The notes under the pieces: model-generated
The model's input: the letters and a program-made list of their open reading frames with translations, nothing else
The model's database searches: none
Told to the model about the DNA's origin: nothing
Shown here: positions 10,063 through 20,732 of the stretch, piece by piece
How the letters are laid out: each line of letters opens with the position of its first letter
Position numbering within the stretch: the first letter of the stretch is position 1
Made by a program: the position numbers and the translations under genes
From: an uncultured Candidatus Saccharibacteria bacterium
GTDB taxonomy: Bacteria; Patescibacteriota; UBA1384; 2-12-FULL-50-11; DASWYB01
DNA length: 64,000 nucleotides
Direction: 5' to 3'
NCBI GenBank assembly: GCA_964372935.1
Contig: CAYJRF010000003.1
Span: forward strand, 3,903-67,902

Positions 10063-10549
10063 GAATCAAGAAAAAATCGTCAAGAAGGTTTCAAAAACTA
10101 ACCCGCGCCTTCAAGAACTCGAAAATCAATTGAAGCGCGTCGGGGCGGATTTTGACAATTACCGTAAACGCGTCAACGAAGAAAACCAGTCGATTTCCAG
10201 CCTCTCTCGAGCCCAAGCCCTGCTGGCGTTGACACCGGTGCTGGATAATTTTCGCCGCGCCACCAACCATCTGCCAGCGGAATTAAAAGATAACAACTGG
10301 GTCACTGGCGTGCTCTATATCGAAAAACAACTGGAACAAATTATGACCGACTTTGGTCTAATTCGCATTCCGACCATTGGGCAAAAATTTGACCCCAGCG
10401 TGCACGAAGCTGTCGGCTATGAACCGACCCCCACCATCGAGGCCAATTGCATCACCACCGAGATCGAGAGTGGTTACACCTTGAACGGCCGCTTACTCAA
10501 ACCGGCGAAAGTCAAAGTTAGTTCGGGCCCGATCCCAAAGAACGAGTAG
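10061..10549 (+). CDS. grpE: nucleotide exchange factor GrpE
   Basis: 162 aa; coiled-coil N-terminus with ADFDNYRKR motif and GrpE-like C-terminal beta domain. Confidence 0.82.
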   Translation: MNQEKIVKKVSKTNPRLQELENQLKRVGADFDNYRKRVNEENQSISSLSRAQALLALTPVLDNFRRATNHLPAELKDNNWVTGVLYIEKQLEQIMTDFGLIRIPTIGQKFDPSVHEAVGYEPTPTIEANCITTEIESGYTLNGRLLKPAKVKVSSGPIPKNE

Positions 10550-10597
10550 ACCCGACGCAGTTTGAGCGACGCTGGGCGAGACGGTTTTTTTCGTGAC

Positions 10598-10627
10598 TTG
10601 ACAAAAATGTAAAGTTTACTTTACAAT
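10598..10627 (+). promoter_or_regulatory. sigma70-like promoter (TTGACA-18-TACAAT) for dnaK, overlapped by the palindrome TGTAAAGT-tt-ACTTTACA (10608-10625)
   Basis: Read directly; GGAGG SD and ATG follow about 30 nt downstream. Confidence 0.45.
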
Positions 10628-10662
10628 AGGAGAAAACTAAGTCGCATTCACGGAGGAAGCAT

Positions 10663-12558
10663 ATGGGAAAAATTATCGGCATTGATTTGGGAACTACTAA
10701 TTCGGTCGGGGCGATGATGGAGGGCGGCAAATCGAAGGTTATTCCAACCGCCGAAGGCGGAAATATTACGCCGTCCATGGTGGCGGTGAATAAGGCCGGC
10801 GAGCGATTAGTCGGTGTTCTGGCTAAGCGCCAGAGCATTACTAACCCCGAAAACACCGTCTATTCGGTTAAACGTCTCATCGGTCGTCAGTTCGAAGACG
10901 CCGAGGTTCAGCACGACCAAAAGATTCTGCCGTACAAAATCGAAAAAGCCGGCGATAAGGTTAAAGTGGCGATGGGCGACAAAAGCTACAGCCCCGAGGA
11001 AATTTCGGCTTTTATTCTCCAAAAGATCAAGGCCGATGCCGAGGCGTATTGGAGCGAAAAGATCGCCGACGCCGTGATTACCGTGCCGGCATATTTTAAC
11101 GACGCCCAACGCCAGGCCACCAAGGACGCCGGGACAATCGCCGGCCTGAATGTCTTGCGCATCATCAATGAGCCAACCGCCGCCGCGCTGGCCTACGGTC
11201 TCGACAAGGCCGACAAAAAAGATCGCAAAGTGGCCGTGTTTGACTTTGGCGGCGGCACGTTCGATATTACGATTTTGGATATCGGGGTGGTCGAAGGCGA
11301 GTCCAGTTTCGAGGTATTGTCAACCAATGGCGATACCCATTTGGGAGGCGACGATGTTGACCGCAAAGTCATGGAGTGGATTATGGCGGAATTCAAGACC
11401 GAAGAGGGCATTGACCTTTCCCTTGACAAAATTGCTCTTCAGCGCATTAAGGAGGCCGCCGAAAAAGCAAAGATCGAGCTGTCGCAAAGTTTGGAGACAG
11501 AGATCAACCTCCCCTTCATCACCGCAGATAATACCGGTCCGAAACATCTCGTCAAAAAATTATCGCGCGCCAAGCTCGAAGAGCTGACTCGCCCGCTCAT
11601 TGAGCGTGCCAAGCCGATTTGCGAACAAGCCACCCGCGACGCCAAAGTGACCGTCAAAGACATTGACGAGGTTCTTTTAGTGGGCGGTATGACCCGTATG
11701 CCCATGATTCAGACAATGGTGAAAGACATCTTTGGCCGCGAAGCGTCGCGGGGCGTTAATCCCGACGAAGTCGTGGCGATTGGCGCGGCGATTCAAGGCG
11801 GTGTTTTGGGGGGCGAGGTAAAAGATATTCTCTTGCTGGACGTCACACCGTTAACTTTAGGCCTGGAGGTCGAAGGCGGCCTCATGGCGCCGCTGATTGA
11901 GCGCAACACCACCATCCCCACCAACAAAACCCAGGTGTTTTCCACCGCCGCGGACAGCCAGCCGAGTGTGGAGATTCACGTTTTACAGGGTGAGCGGTCT
12001 ATGGCGTCCGATAACAAGACTCTTGGTCGCTTCATGCTCGACGGCATACCGGCGGCGCCGCGCGGCGTACCCCAAGTTGAAGTCACTTTTGATCTCGATG
12101 CCAACGGCATCCTCAAAGTTACCGCCAAAGACAAGGCCACCGGTAAGGCTCAAGACATTACCATTACCGCCTCCGGCACCCTGTCAAAAGACGAGATTGA
12201 ACGAATGAAAACCGAAGCCGAGGCTCACCGGGCCGATGACGACAAAAAACGGGCGCTGGTTGAAACTCGGAATCTCGCGGAACGGATCGTCTACATGAGC
12301 GAAAAAACCCTCAAAGACGCCGGAGATAAAACCAAGGACGAGGACAAACGCGCCGTCGAGGACGCCATCACCGCCCTTAAATTGGCCATGCGAAGCGACA
12401 ACGCCGACGAAATTAAAGCCAAAACCGACCAGCTGAGCGCGGCGGCGCAGAAGGTCGGAGCCCAGATGTACGAGGACGCCAAAGAGCCGAAGTCGCCCGA
12501 AGCCAACCCAGCCGACGAGACCGGCCAAGAACCGGCGGTTTCGGACGATAAAAAATAG
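10663..12558 (+). CDS. dnaK: molecular chaperone DnaK (Hsp70)
   Basis: 631 aa; [30 protein letters not shown] signatures. Confidence 0.95.
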   Translation: MGKIIGIDLGTTNSVGAMMEGGKSKVIPTAEGGNITPSMVAVNKAGERLVGVLAKRQSITNPENTVYSVKRLIGRQFEDAEVQHDQKILPYKIEKAGDKVKVAMGDKSYSPEEISAFILQKIKADAEAYWSEKIADAVITVPAYFNDAQRQATKDAGTIAGLNVLRIINEPTAAALAYGLDKADKKDRKVAVFDFGGGTFDITILDIGVVEGESSFEVLSTNGDTHLGGDDVDRKVMEWIMAEFKTEEGIDLSLDKIALQRIKEAAEKAKIELSQSLETEINLPFITADNTGPKHLVKKLSRAKLEELTRPLIERAKPICEQATRDAKVTVKDIDEVLLVGGMTRMPMIQTMVKDIFGREASRGVNPDEVVAIGAAIQGGVLGGEVKDILLLDVTPLTLGLEVEGGLMAPLIERNTTIPTNKTQVFSTAADSQPSVEIHVLQGERSMASDNKTLGRFMLDGIPAAPRGVPQVEVTFDLDANGILKVTAKDKATGKAQDITITASGTLSKDEIERMKTEAEAHRADDDKKRALVETRNLAERIVYMSEKTLKDAGDKTKDEDKRAVEDAITALKLAMRSDNADEIKAKTDQLSAAAQKVGAQMYEDAKEPKSPEANPADETGQEPAVSDDKK

Positions 12559-12649
12559 GGCTTTAAGATAAACTATTATCCGCCAGCAATTCAATGGCGT
12601 TGCCCTCGCGCGGCGTCTTTGGGTTGTCCGGCGTTCTACCGGCCGTAGC

Positions 12650-13273
12650 ATGAACGATTATTACGACATTCTGGGAGTAAAACGGCAAGCGTCGCCAGAC
12701 GAGATTAAACGAGCGTATCGGAAGCTTGCCCATCAATACCACCCCGACAAGGCCGGGGGCGAACGAGCCGAGATGGAAAAGAAGTTCAAAGAGATTAACG
12801 AAGCCTACCGCGTTCTTTCCGACGCCGGTAAACGGTCTCGGTACGACCAGTTCGGCCGCGCTGGAGTTGGCGAGGAGAGCGCCAATCCATTTTCCGGTCG
12901 AGGCGGGTTTGGCGGTGTCCAATTCGATTTTGGCGGCGGTTCGTTTTTTGGGCGTGGCGTTGGGGGATTCGAAACCGTCATCGAAGACCTGATGGGTTCG
13001 GCCTTTGCCAACGTCAACGCCGAAGTCAAAATTTCTTTGACCCAAGCCGTTCTCGGCGATAATATTCAACTGCGCACCGGCGACGGTCAAACGATTGACC
13101 TGCGCCTCCCCCCGGGCACGGCCGATGGCCAAACCTTCGTGTTCCGAGGCAAAGGCAACCGCCATCGTCGAGGCTGGGGCAATTTGAGCGTCGTTGTCCG
13201 CGTGGTTCTGCCTCGCCGCTTAACGCGAGAACAACGCGAACTATTCGAAAAACTGCGCGCCACCGGACTATAG
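12650..13273 (+). CDS. dnaJ: short J-domain protein (DnaJ-like, lacks Cys-rich zinc-finger region)
   Basis: 207 aa; J domain DYYDILGV...HPDK, Gly/Phe-rich linker, no CxxCxGxG repeats. Confidence 0.72.
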   Translation: MNDYYDILGVKRQASPDEIKRAYRKLAHQYHPDKAGGERAEMEKKFKEINEAYRVLSDAGKRSRYDQFGRAGVGEESANPFSGRGGFGGVQFDFGGGSFFGRGVGGFETVIEDLMGSAFANVNAEVKISLTQAVLGDNIQLRTGDGQTIDLRLPPGTADGQTFVFRGKGNRHRRGWGNLSVVVRVVLPRRLTREQRELFEKLRATGL

Positions 13274-13397
13274 CGAAGTCTTGCGTCGGTTCCTCTTTTT
13301 CCTCTATGCTGTAAGAGAGCTACGGACAGCTGTCTCTGCCGCGAATCACCCCTTGACGTTCGAGTAAGCAGGCGGGGCGGCACCATAACGGAGGGAG

Positions 13398-13928
13398 ATG
13401 ATTTTACTCCAATCAGCCCCATCTTGGGACTTGGTAGTTACCCTTGCATTCGTGATCGGTGTCACTTATGGGTTTATCATGTTACGGGATCGGGTTTTGG
13501 TTACCTTGCTTTCGCTCTACGCCGGCACCCTGGTCGCCAACCACCTCTACGAGCCGGTGCAGCGGTTTTTTAGCGGCGACGTGGCAATTCTCAATAAATT
13601 ATGGGTCGAAAGCTCGGTGTCGCCATTCGCCATTAAGCTCACCCTATTTGGTCTGATTATTCTGGTGGTTGGCGCAAAAAGCGGCCTGGCCGGACGACGC
13701 AGCAGTTTTAGCTTCTTTGAACTGATCGCCTACAGTTTTTTTAACGTCGCCATCGGCCTGTCGAGCGTGTTCTCGTTTATGGGTGCCGATCAGCTTAAAA
13801 CTTATGTCGAATCGTCCAAACTGATCGCACTGATCGTTTCGAACCAAACGTTGTGGTACGTCGCCCCGCTGGTAATTTTAGCCATCATGGGGGTTTCGCC
13901 GCGCGCTCGTTACACCGAAGATTACTAA
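13398..13928 (+). CDS. hypothetical integral membrane protein
   Basis: 176 aa with about 5 hydrophobic helices; no recognisable motif. Confidence 0.45.
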   Translation: MILLQSAPSWDLVVTLAFVIGVTYGFIMLRDRVLVTLLSLYAGTLVANHLYEPVQRFFSGDVAILNKLWVESSVSPFAIKLTLFGLIILVVGAKSGLAGRRSSFSFFELIAYSFFNVAIGLSSVFSFMGADQLKTYVESSKLIALIVSNQTLWYVAPLVILAIMGVSPRARYTEDY

Positions 13929-13980
13929 AGCGTTGTCCGCCTCGGGTGTTTCCGCTATAATTAACCCACCGCGCCACCGC

Positions 13981-14055
13981 GGGCCTGTAGCTCAGAGGTA
14001 GAGCAGGGGCCTTTTAAGCCTCGTGTCGTGGGTTCGATTCCCACCAGGCCCTCCA
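13981..14055 (+). tRNA. tRNA-Lys (anticodon UUU)
   Basis: Acceptor gggcctg/caggccc; anticodon loop cttttaa; T-arm gggttcgattccc; CCA encoded. Confidence 0.85.
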
Positions 14056-14062
14056 GCGAATT

Positions 14063-14086
14063 AACGGGTTAAATGCCCGTTTTTTC
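14063..14086 (+). terminator. intrinsic terminator after tRNA-Lys
   Basis: Hairpin aacggg-ttaaatg-cccgtt followed by TTTTT. Confidence 0.55.
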
Positions 14087-14185
14087 GTTCCCTGGATAGT
14101 GACGGGGGGGTTGAACTTGACTAGTATTACAGATTAAGCTCTCGTTGGACACTCGTGGCTTAACAACGCAGAAACGAGGTGAGAC

Positions 14186-15130
14186 ATGATACTCCGTGGC
14201 ACGGAGTATGGAAGCTGCTTTTGCGCCCCCGGGGCTCGCGGATTTTTTGGAGAGGGCTACCCCTTCCACCGGTACTGGGAATTGTTGCGCATGACGTGGT
14301 CAAGGACGACTTTCGTGGCCAAAACCACGACGCTCGATCCTCGGCTGGGCAATATGCCGCTCGGCGATGACCGCATTACACCGAAGGAATTAATCCCGAG
14401 ATGCATCGTAGTTAAACCGCTTTCCGGCCACGTCCTGAATGCGGTTGGGCTAAGCGGACCGGGCGCGAAAGCCCTTTTTGACACCGGCCGCTGGCAGAAA
14501 TGGCAAGAGCCGTTTATGCTTTCTTTCATGTCGGTGGCTCCAGGCATGGCTGAACGGCTGGAGGAGCTACGGGGTTACGTTCGGCTGGCTTCGGACTATC
14601 TGCGGCGCTTCCAAGCGCCGGTCGCGCTCCAGCTAAACTTTGCCTGCCCCAACGCAGGCCTTCACTTGGAGGAGCTCGGCGGAGAAATCACCCAGGCCCT
14701 GGATATTGCGGCGGCCTTAAATGTGCCGCTAATACCGAACTTTAACCCGATGATCCCGATAAAGCTGATGTGCGAAGTCGCTAGCCATCCGGCCTGCGAT
14801 GCCCTCTGGGTCGCTAACACGATTCCTTGGGGCACGCCGGGCATTGACTGGGTCAAGCTCTTCGGTAGCCGAGAATCGCCGCTGACAAGGCGTGGCTTGC
14901 CGTCGCCTGGCGGACTATCCGGTCCGGCCTGTTTGCCGTTCGTCCTCAAACGACTTCAGGAGGCTACGGAAGCCGGAGTTAAAAAACCAATCATCGCCGG
15001 CAATGGCATCCAGTCGGTTGACGCCGTTCGCCGCGTCCGGAAAGCCGGCGCCGCCGGCGTCGCGATCGGCGTAGTCGGCATCGTCCGCCCCTGGCGGATG
15101 AAAGCCATAATTGATGAAAGCCATAATTAA
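14186..15130 (+). CDS. pyrD: dihydroorotate dehydrogenase-family (class 1-like) TIM-barrel flavoenzyme
   Basis: 314 aa; motifs LNAVGLSGPG, NFACPN, GGLSGPA, IIAGNGI align to the PyrD family; start codon uncertain. Confidence 0.62.
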   Translation: MILRGTEYGSCFCAPGARGFFGEGYPFHRYWELLRMTWSRTTFVAKTTTLDPRLGNMPLGDDRITPKELIPRCIVVKPLSGHVLNAVGLSGPGAKALFDTGRWQKWQEPFMLSFMSVAPGMAERLEELRGYVRLASDYLRRFQAPVALQLNFACPNAGLHLEELGGEITQALDIAAALNVPLIPNFNPMIPIKLMCEVASHPACDALWVANTIPWGTPGIDWVKLFGSRESPLTRRGLPSPGGLSGPACLPFVLKRLQEATEAGVKKPIIAGNGIQSVDAVRRVRKAGAAGVAIGVVGIVRPWRMKAIIDESHN

Positions 15131-15470
15131 CATGGCCGCCTAACGGCGACAAAATCGCCTTCACCCCGGCTTCTATCGCGCTGATGGAAGCCGTTTTTCT
15201 TTCAGCAAAGCATATTTTATTGAATATATATTTAGAACCAAGTTATTAAGCACCCTGCTCATCGCTGGAGGTTCGCCGTAATTCGCCAACAGTCCCTCCA
15301 GACGAAAAGCGGCATTGCGGCGGTCGTCGTTTTCGTTGGGGTGGTGAAAATTAAGCGGCGTCGCGGCCAACGCCGCAATTAGGCAAACCACTGCTTTTTC
15401 GGTCGGAAAGCGGCCTGAAGCAATTGCTTGTCGAATTGCGATGGCGATTCACCCCGAGAAATGGGTGGCG

Positions 15471-15498
15471 TTGACGGACATAAAAATGATGTTAGAAT
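15471..15498 (+). promoter_or_regulatory. strong sigma70-like promoter TTGACG-16-TAGAAT
   Basis: Near-consensus -35/-10 followed by GGAGG SD and the ATG at 15516. Confidence 0.45.
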
Positions 15499-15515
15499 GT
15501 AATGGAGGATAGATT

Positions 15516-15695
15516 ATGACAACAGGCAAAAATTCGTCTCCACCAACCGATGACAACGGCGCCGCCCCCAACACAACCAAACCGGCGAATAGTTATAAAC
15601 TAAGTTGGATAAAGTGGCTATTGCTGTATCTGATTGCCGGTTTGCTGGTATATGTCGCTATTTATTACGCCTTTGCCGGTCGCTACAAGGCCTAG
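15516..15695 (+). CDS. small (59 aa) single-TM membrane protein, hypothetical
   Basis: ORF below the track cutoff: MTTGKNSSPPTDDNGAAPNTTKPANSYKLSWIKWLLLYLIAGLLVYVAIYYAFAGRYKA*; consensus promoter and SD. Confidence 0.45.
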   Translation: MTTGKNSSPPTDDNGAAPNTTKPANSYKLSWIKWLLLYLIAGLLVYVAIYYAFAGRYKA

Positions 15696-15726
15696 CAGTT
15701 CTGGTGTTTCGTAACCTCCGACCCGT

Positions 15727-17307
15727 TTAGCGCGCCCCGATTAATCCCGATATAAGACTCTCGCCCACCATATCAACCGATGGCGACAGTCCCATTACAG
15801 CCAAGATAGTTGGCGCGACGTCGGCCAGCATGCCGACTTGCGACATGAGCGCTAATTGTCGTTTGTCCGCGGCCCGAGGCTGTCTGAACGACGGATGAAC
15901 GACGACGAATGGCACCGGATTGACGGTGTGCTCCTTGTCAACCGTGCCGCTTCTTGGATCAATCATTTGCTCAACATTGCCATGATCGGCCGTGATGACC
16001 AGCCATTCTCGGTTGGTCTCGGCATGAGTGATCAGTTGCCCGAGCTGTTCGTCAACGCAACTTACCGCCAGACACGCCGCCGCAAAATTGCCGGTATGGC
16101 CAACCATGTCTAAGTTGGCGTAATTCATCACCACAAAATCCGCAGGGAGGTGTTTTTGGGCGTTCAAGTAGCCGGCGGTAATAGCCGACGCCGACATCGC
16201 CGGCGTCTGGTCGAATGACGCCACCTTGATCGACGGCACGAGGAGCCAATCTTCGTAGGGGTGTTTCGTTTCCAAATGGCCGTTAAAAAAATAGGTGACG
16301 TGGGCATACTTCTCGGTTTCGGCAATGTGGAGTTGACTTTTCCCGTTGTCGGCCAAAATGTCGGCGAGAGTTCCGCGAGGCTTCGGAAGGGGATAGGCGA
16401 CGTCAATGGCGTTCCCAGCTTTCAATGGCAAATCGGCCAACAAATAATCAGTCATCGTAACGACGGTCAGATCGTTGACGTTTGTTACGGCGAGCGCCAC
16501 CAATTGCCGGATGCGGTCGGGGCGATAGTTAGTAAAGATAACCGTCTCGCCCGGCTGGATCCAGGCCAGTGGACGATCATTGGCATCGGTCAAAATGGTC
16601 GGAGGCACGGTTTCGTCGCTCTCGCCTTGAACGTAGGCCCGCTTTAGCGCCAACTCCAGCGTTGAAGCGCGCAGGCGGCCTCGGCCAGTAAGAGCGCTGA
16701 AGGCTTCTTGGGTCCGATTGGTGTTGTTGTCGCGATCCATGGCAAAATATCGTCCCGAGATCGAGGCCATTACCCCGAAGGGGAATCTTTTCAAAACAGA
16801 CTCAATTTTGACAGCATCACTCAACGCCACTCGGGGGGGACTATCGCGTCCGTCGCTGATCGCGTGGACTGCCACCCGTTGAACCCCTTGGTCGCGGGCC
16901 CAAGAAAGCAACGATAGCATATGATCGATGTGGCCGTGAACGCCGCCGGACGAAATTAGCCCGACGATATGGAGTGTTCGGTTAGGTTGGGCGAGGATAC
17001 CTCGCAGGGCGGCGGCGATGATACGGTTGCGGCGAAAATCGCCACTCTTAATCGAGCCGTTGATGATTTGAAATGCTTGCGGCAAAACTTGACCGGTACC
17101 GATGGCGATATGCCCGACCTCGCTGTTGCCCGGCTCGCCATTATCTAGACCAACTTCCGTCCCAGCCGCCAGCAAACGTTGCGACGGATAGTTGGCCAAG
17201 ACGTAATCCAACGCCGGCGTGGCGGTTTGCAACAGAGCGTTGCCTTCGGATTCAGCCGATAAGCCCATGCCATCACAAATTGCTAATGTTACCCTTGCTT
17301 GAGTCAC
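15727..17307 (-). CDS. gpmI: 2,3-bisphosphoglycerate-independent phosphoglycerate mutase
   Basis: 526 aa; iPGM-like throughout (LAICDGMG, alkaline-phosphatase-like core). Confidence 0.88.
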   Translation of the reverse strand: MTQARVTLAICDGMGLSAESEGNALLQTATPALDYVLANYPSQRLLAAGTEVGLDNGEPGNSEVGHIAIGTGQVLPQAFQIINGSIKSGDFRRNRIIAAALRGILAQPNRTLHIVGLISSGGVHGHIDHMLSLLSWARDQGVQRVAVHAISDGRDSPPRVALSDAVKIESVLKRFPFGVMASISGRYFAMDRDNNTNRTQEAFSALTGRGRLRASTLELALKRAYVQGESDETVPPTILTDANDRPLAWIQPGETVIFTNYRPDRIRQLVALAVTNVNDLTVVTMTDYLLADLPLKAGNAIDVAYPLPKPRGTLADILADNGKSQLHIAETEKYAHVTYFFNGHLETKHPYEDWLLVPSIKVASFDQTPAMSASAITAGYLNAQKHLPADFVVMNYANLDMVGHTGNFAAACLAVSCVDEQLGQLITHAETNREWLVITADHGNVEQMIDPRSGTVDKEHTVNPVPFVVVHPSFRQPRAADKRQLALMSQVGMLADVAPTILAVMGLSPSVDMVGESLISGLIGAR

Positions 17308-19580
17308 GTCAAACCCCGTGGCGATGGATGAGCTTTCTTCTCCGAGTGGCCTTGTTCGGCGGGGGGTACTTTCAACCCCGAAGTCAGCGCCGCGCTGGGA
17401 ATGGAGGTCGGCCCCGGTTGAGGCAATGGCGGAGGCGGGGGATTGCTGGCAATCAATTCCGGAGTAGTCATGGGTACGGTGAATGTGAACGTCGAGCCCT
17501 TACCGACCTCACTCTCCACCGCCACTTGGCCGCCCATTAATTCAATAATTTTCTTGCTAATATACAGGCCCAACCCAGTGCCTTGAATCCCGGCGATGTC
17601 TTTGCGATCGGCGCGATTAAACTTCACGAACAAATGATTAATCATGTCTTTGGGAATACCAACCCCAGAATCCGCCACCTTAAACATCAGCTGCTTGTTG
17701 TCCGTCTCGGCAACATAGCACTTAACCCAACCCTTGGAGGTATATTTGATCGAGTTGCCAATAAAGTTAATCAATACTCGGTAAATATGATTCGGGTCGC
17801 CGAAGGCGTTCGGCAAGCTTTTGGCTGGGGCCACGAAGGATAAGTCAAGAGACTTTTTCTTGGCGTTGACTTGGAGCTCCTCTGTCGCTCGACTAACAAG
17901 GTCTGCGAACGAAAACTCTCGCTTAATAACCTTGAGGCGACCGCTTTCGATGCGCGAAACATTTAACAGATCTTCGACTAAATTGGCCAGCCGATCAGCC
18001 GAGGTTGAAACCTTAACTAAAAACTGGCGCGCTTTGGTGTCAACTTTGCCCATATCGTCATCAAGAATCATCGACAAGTACCCTTTAATCGCCGCCGTCG
18101 GCGTGAGTAATTCGTGCGACGCGATCGACACAAACTCCGATTTCATTTGATCTTCTTCCCAAAAACGAGCTTTTTCGATGGCGTTGGCGGTCTGGTTCGC
18201 CACGATCGTCAAAAACTCCACCTCGTTGCTGGAAAACGCGTCGCCCGACAGTTTTTCTCCCACCATAAATACGCCGATGGTCTTGGCGCCGATTTTAATT
18301 GGCAAGGCGATGGCGATTTTAAGATCGTCAATATTTTTGAGCAAACTGTGCAACGTCGAAACCGCCCGACCTTTGGCATCGCTCTTACCGTCATATTCAT
18401 GGCGCATTTCGTCGGCGATCAATATTTGAGGATTTTCCACAAAACTCTCCAGTAACGAACTGCCGCTTGGGAGTTGAAGAATGGACGGGTCAGCATAGCC
18501 GATCTGAAAGACCTGTTTAATCTCAATGCCTTTTTCGGTCTGATTAAACGTAATTACGCCAGCGTGGCTTAATCGCAATTCGGCCTTAATCAAGGTGATG
18601 AGTGATTGCATAACCTGTGCCAGGTCTGATGACCCCGCCAATTGCTGTGACAGCTTGGCCAGAACGGCTTGCGGCTCATATTCTCCCTTGAAGAGATATT
18701 TATCCGTCACGGTTGTGAGCCACCGACGCAAAGGTTCGAACCCTAGGGCGATAAAGAGCGCCGCGACCATGTTGGCGACAAATGTCTTCGCGTCGAGCAC
18801 CGTCCCACTCCCAAAAATTGTTGTAAAGAAGAACACGACCATACTGTATGTCCCAAGCGTAAAGAGCAACAGCCCGGAATAAACAACGGTCCGACGGATG
18901 ATGATCCGGATGTCGAATAGACGATGAGCCACAATGGCGTAAGCAGTAGCGGCGGTAAAAATAAGAGTATAAGTAGGGCCAAGAAAAAGCAACGACATAT
19001 TGTTGAACGCGACAACAAGAACAAAGTTTGTCATGAATGTAAGAAAAGCGCTACCGATTACCCCAACGATTAGATATTGTAACTGTGCCCGCTGCATACC
19101 CCTTGAGACTCTGTACCGCTTGACCAATAAATACATCGAACTCAAGACAAGAAGCCCTGTTGTCACCGCAAAAATAGTGATAGCAGGCCCAGGCACTGGA
19201 GTTGCGTCCTTACCAATTCCACGAATCGAGGAAAAGATTAAGGATGTTCTCGTGAGGAAAAGGACAATTGCACTCCACACTATCAAAAAGGTCAACAGAG
19301 ATTTCTTTAATAAGATTCTATTCTGGGGAAATGTATGTACCGTAAAGAAAAGAAAAAGAGCATAAAGAACGGCAAAAAACATTACCCATCTGATAGAATC
19401 AAGAGTCTCGGTTGATGAAATTTGGTGCAAGGAACTATAGTTGGCTATGCCCCACGCCGCCGAGGAAAAAGTAAGAGCCAGAAAAAACCGATGCGTATAG
19501 CTATTGGGCTTGTGATTGAAGGTGAAGACACCGACGACTATACCGGTAAAAACCGAAACTATAAGGATTGCGAGTTCCAT
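17304..19580 (-). CDS. sensor histidine kinase (multi-TM N-terminal sensor domain, GAF domain, HisKA, HATPase)
   Basis: 758 aa; about 7 N-terminal TM helices, H-box SIASHELLTPT, G-boxes DSGVGIP and GTGLGL; the 5' two-thirds of the gene is AT-rich. Confidence 0.85.
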   Translation of the reverse strand: MELAILIVSVFTGIVVGVFTFNHKPNSYTHRFFLALTFSSAAWGIANYSSLHQISSTETLDSIRWVMFFAVLYALFLFFTVHTFPQNRILLKKSLLTFLIVWSAIVLFLTRTSLIFSSIRGIGKDATPVPGPAITIFAVTTGLLVLSSMYLLVKRYRVSRGMQRAQLQYLIVGVIGSAFLTFMTNFVLVVAFNNMSLLFLGPTYTLIFTAATAYAIVAHRLFDIRIIIRRTVVYSGLLLFTLGTYSMVVFFFTTIFGSGTVLDAKTFVANMVAALFIALGFEPLRRWLTTVTDKYLFKGEYEPQAVLAKLSQQLAGSSDLAQVMQSLITLIKAELRLSHAGVITFNQTEKGIEIKQVFQIGYADPSILQLPSGSSLLESFVENPQILIADEMRHEYDGKSDAKGRAVSTLHSLLKNIDDLKIAIALPIKIGAKTIGVFMVGEKLSGDAFSSNEVEFLTIVANQTANAIEKARFWEEDQMKSEFVSIASHELLTPTAAIKGYLSMILDDDMGKVDTKARQFLVKVSTSADRLANLVEDLLNVSRIESGRLKVIKREFSFADLVSRATEELQVNAKKKSLDLSFVAPAKSLPNAFGDPNHIYRVLINFIGNSIKYTSKGWVKCYVAETDNKQLMFKVADSGVGIPKDMINHLFVKFNRADRKDIAGIQGTGLGLYISKKIIELMGGQVAVESEVGKGSTFTFTVPMTTPELIASNPPPPPLPQPGPTSIPSAALTSGLKVPPAEQGHSEKKAHPSPRGLT

Positions 19581-19616
19581 GCCCCTCTAATTAATCCTTT
19601 CCGCAAGTGCAGCCGA

Positions 19617-20732
19617 CTACTGTTCTCTACTATATTCTAGAGAGATAGCTCCTATGGGTGGGCTAAAGTCGTAGCCTACTACCATGCGTTTTTTCTCAGC
19701 TCCAGCCTTTACCATCATAGCCGTTAATTCTTCTTCAGTAAATCCGCTCTCATAAGAACGAATGCCAGATTCTGCTAACCAATGGCTCTCACGTACATAC
19801 GACTTGTAAAGATCGGAAATTTTTTGTCCACGTCTTGCTTTGAGCATGTGATTAATAAATACTGCCGCCATACCAACTTTACCCAATAAACGAAGACGCG
19901 ACCGGGCTCGTTTGAGTATTGTAGAATACCGTGTTGTATCAGCAACAATCAGTTTACCTCCCGGTCTCAACTTGCTCAATGCCGCAGCAAAAAACTCTAC
20001 GACCCGCTGATGAGAATGTTCATGTAGAGCCAATGTTGAAACTATCACATCGCACTCTTGTTCATCAATGGATTCTAAAATAATTCCGTCTCCTTGCACT
20101 AAAACTATTTTGTCTCTAACGCGGGAAAAGGATTTTTTGCCCAGAATCTCGATCATGTCTTTTGATAAGACGTGCGGCTCTTTTGCGATGTCAATAATCT
20201 TTATAATAAAATTATTTCCGATGAAATTCTGTAAACAATCGGCAATAAAATAACCTAAAACCCCAAAGCCACCAAACGGGTCACAAATGACAACTTTTCT
20301 TTGCTGACTCACCGCCTTTAAATGTCGAATTAGTCCTGGATCCAGAAACTTGGTGAGGATCTTATTGATGAATTCTCTATTAGGCCCAAGCTGTACCAAC
20401 GCCAGATCCCTCATAACACCCTGGCTAATAGACATAAGCCGTGAGGGTTCCAAAACAAGTGACCCTATGACAGCCGCCGTTGCTAAATCATCGTGTCGTA
20501 CAAACTGTTGAGCTATTTTTAGGAGTGGATGATGACTCTTGAGGAGAGCCGGATGTATGTAGCCCCCGTACCATCTACGTCTGACGAGAGCGACACGGAC
20601 TTCAGGATACTGTGTAAAAATGTTTTCATCAAGAACCACTACTTCCCCGCATCTATAAGGTTCCACCGGTCTGGGTCTTGCGTCGTCCCATAGCTCATCC
20701 TGCTTCAAACATAGCATCGGCCGAAAGACCAT
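19617..20732 (-). CDS. class I SAM-dependent methyltransferase with an N-terminal domain of unknown function of about 130 aa
   Basis: 371 aa; motif I VICDPFGGFGVLG, acidic post-I IIDIAKE, motif IV DVIVSTLALHE; AT-rich. Confidence 0.72.
   Translation of the reverse strand: MVFRPMLCLKQDELWDDARPRPVEPYRCGEVVVLDENIFTQYPEVRVALVRRRWYGGYIHPALLKSHHPLLKIAQQFVRHDDLATAAVIGSLVLEPSRLMSISQGVMRDLALVQLGPNREFINKILTKFLDPGLIRHLKAVSQQRKVVICDPFGGFGVLGYFIADCLQNFIGNNFIIKIIDIAKEPHVLSKDMIEILGKKSFSRVRDKIVLVQGDGIILESIDEQECDVIVSTLALHEHSHQRVVEFFAAALSKLRPGGKLIVADTTRYSTILKRARSRLRLLGKVGMAAVFINHMLKARRGQKISDLYKSYVRESHWLAESGIRSYESGFTEEELTAMMVKAGAEKKRMVVGYDFSPPIGAISLEYSREQ

Noticed and set aside
10541-10595. Possible terminator after grpE (T7 tract at about 10584-10590)
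   Set aside because: Could not find a convincing stem preceding the T-tract.
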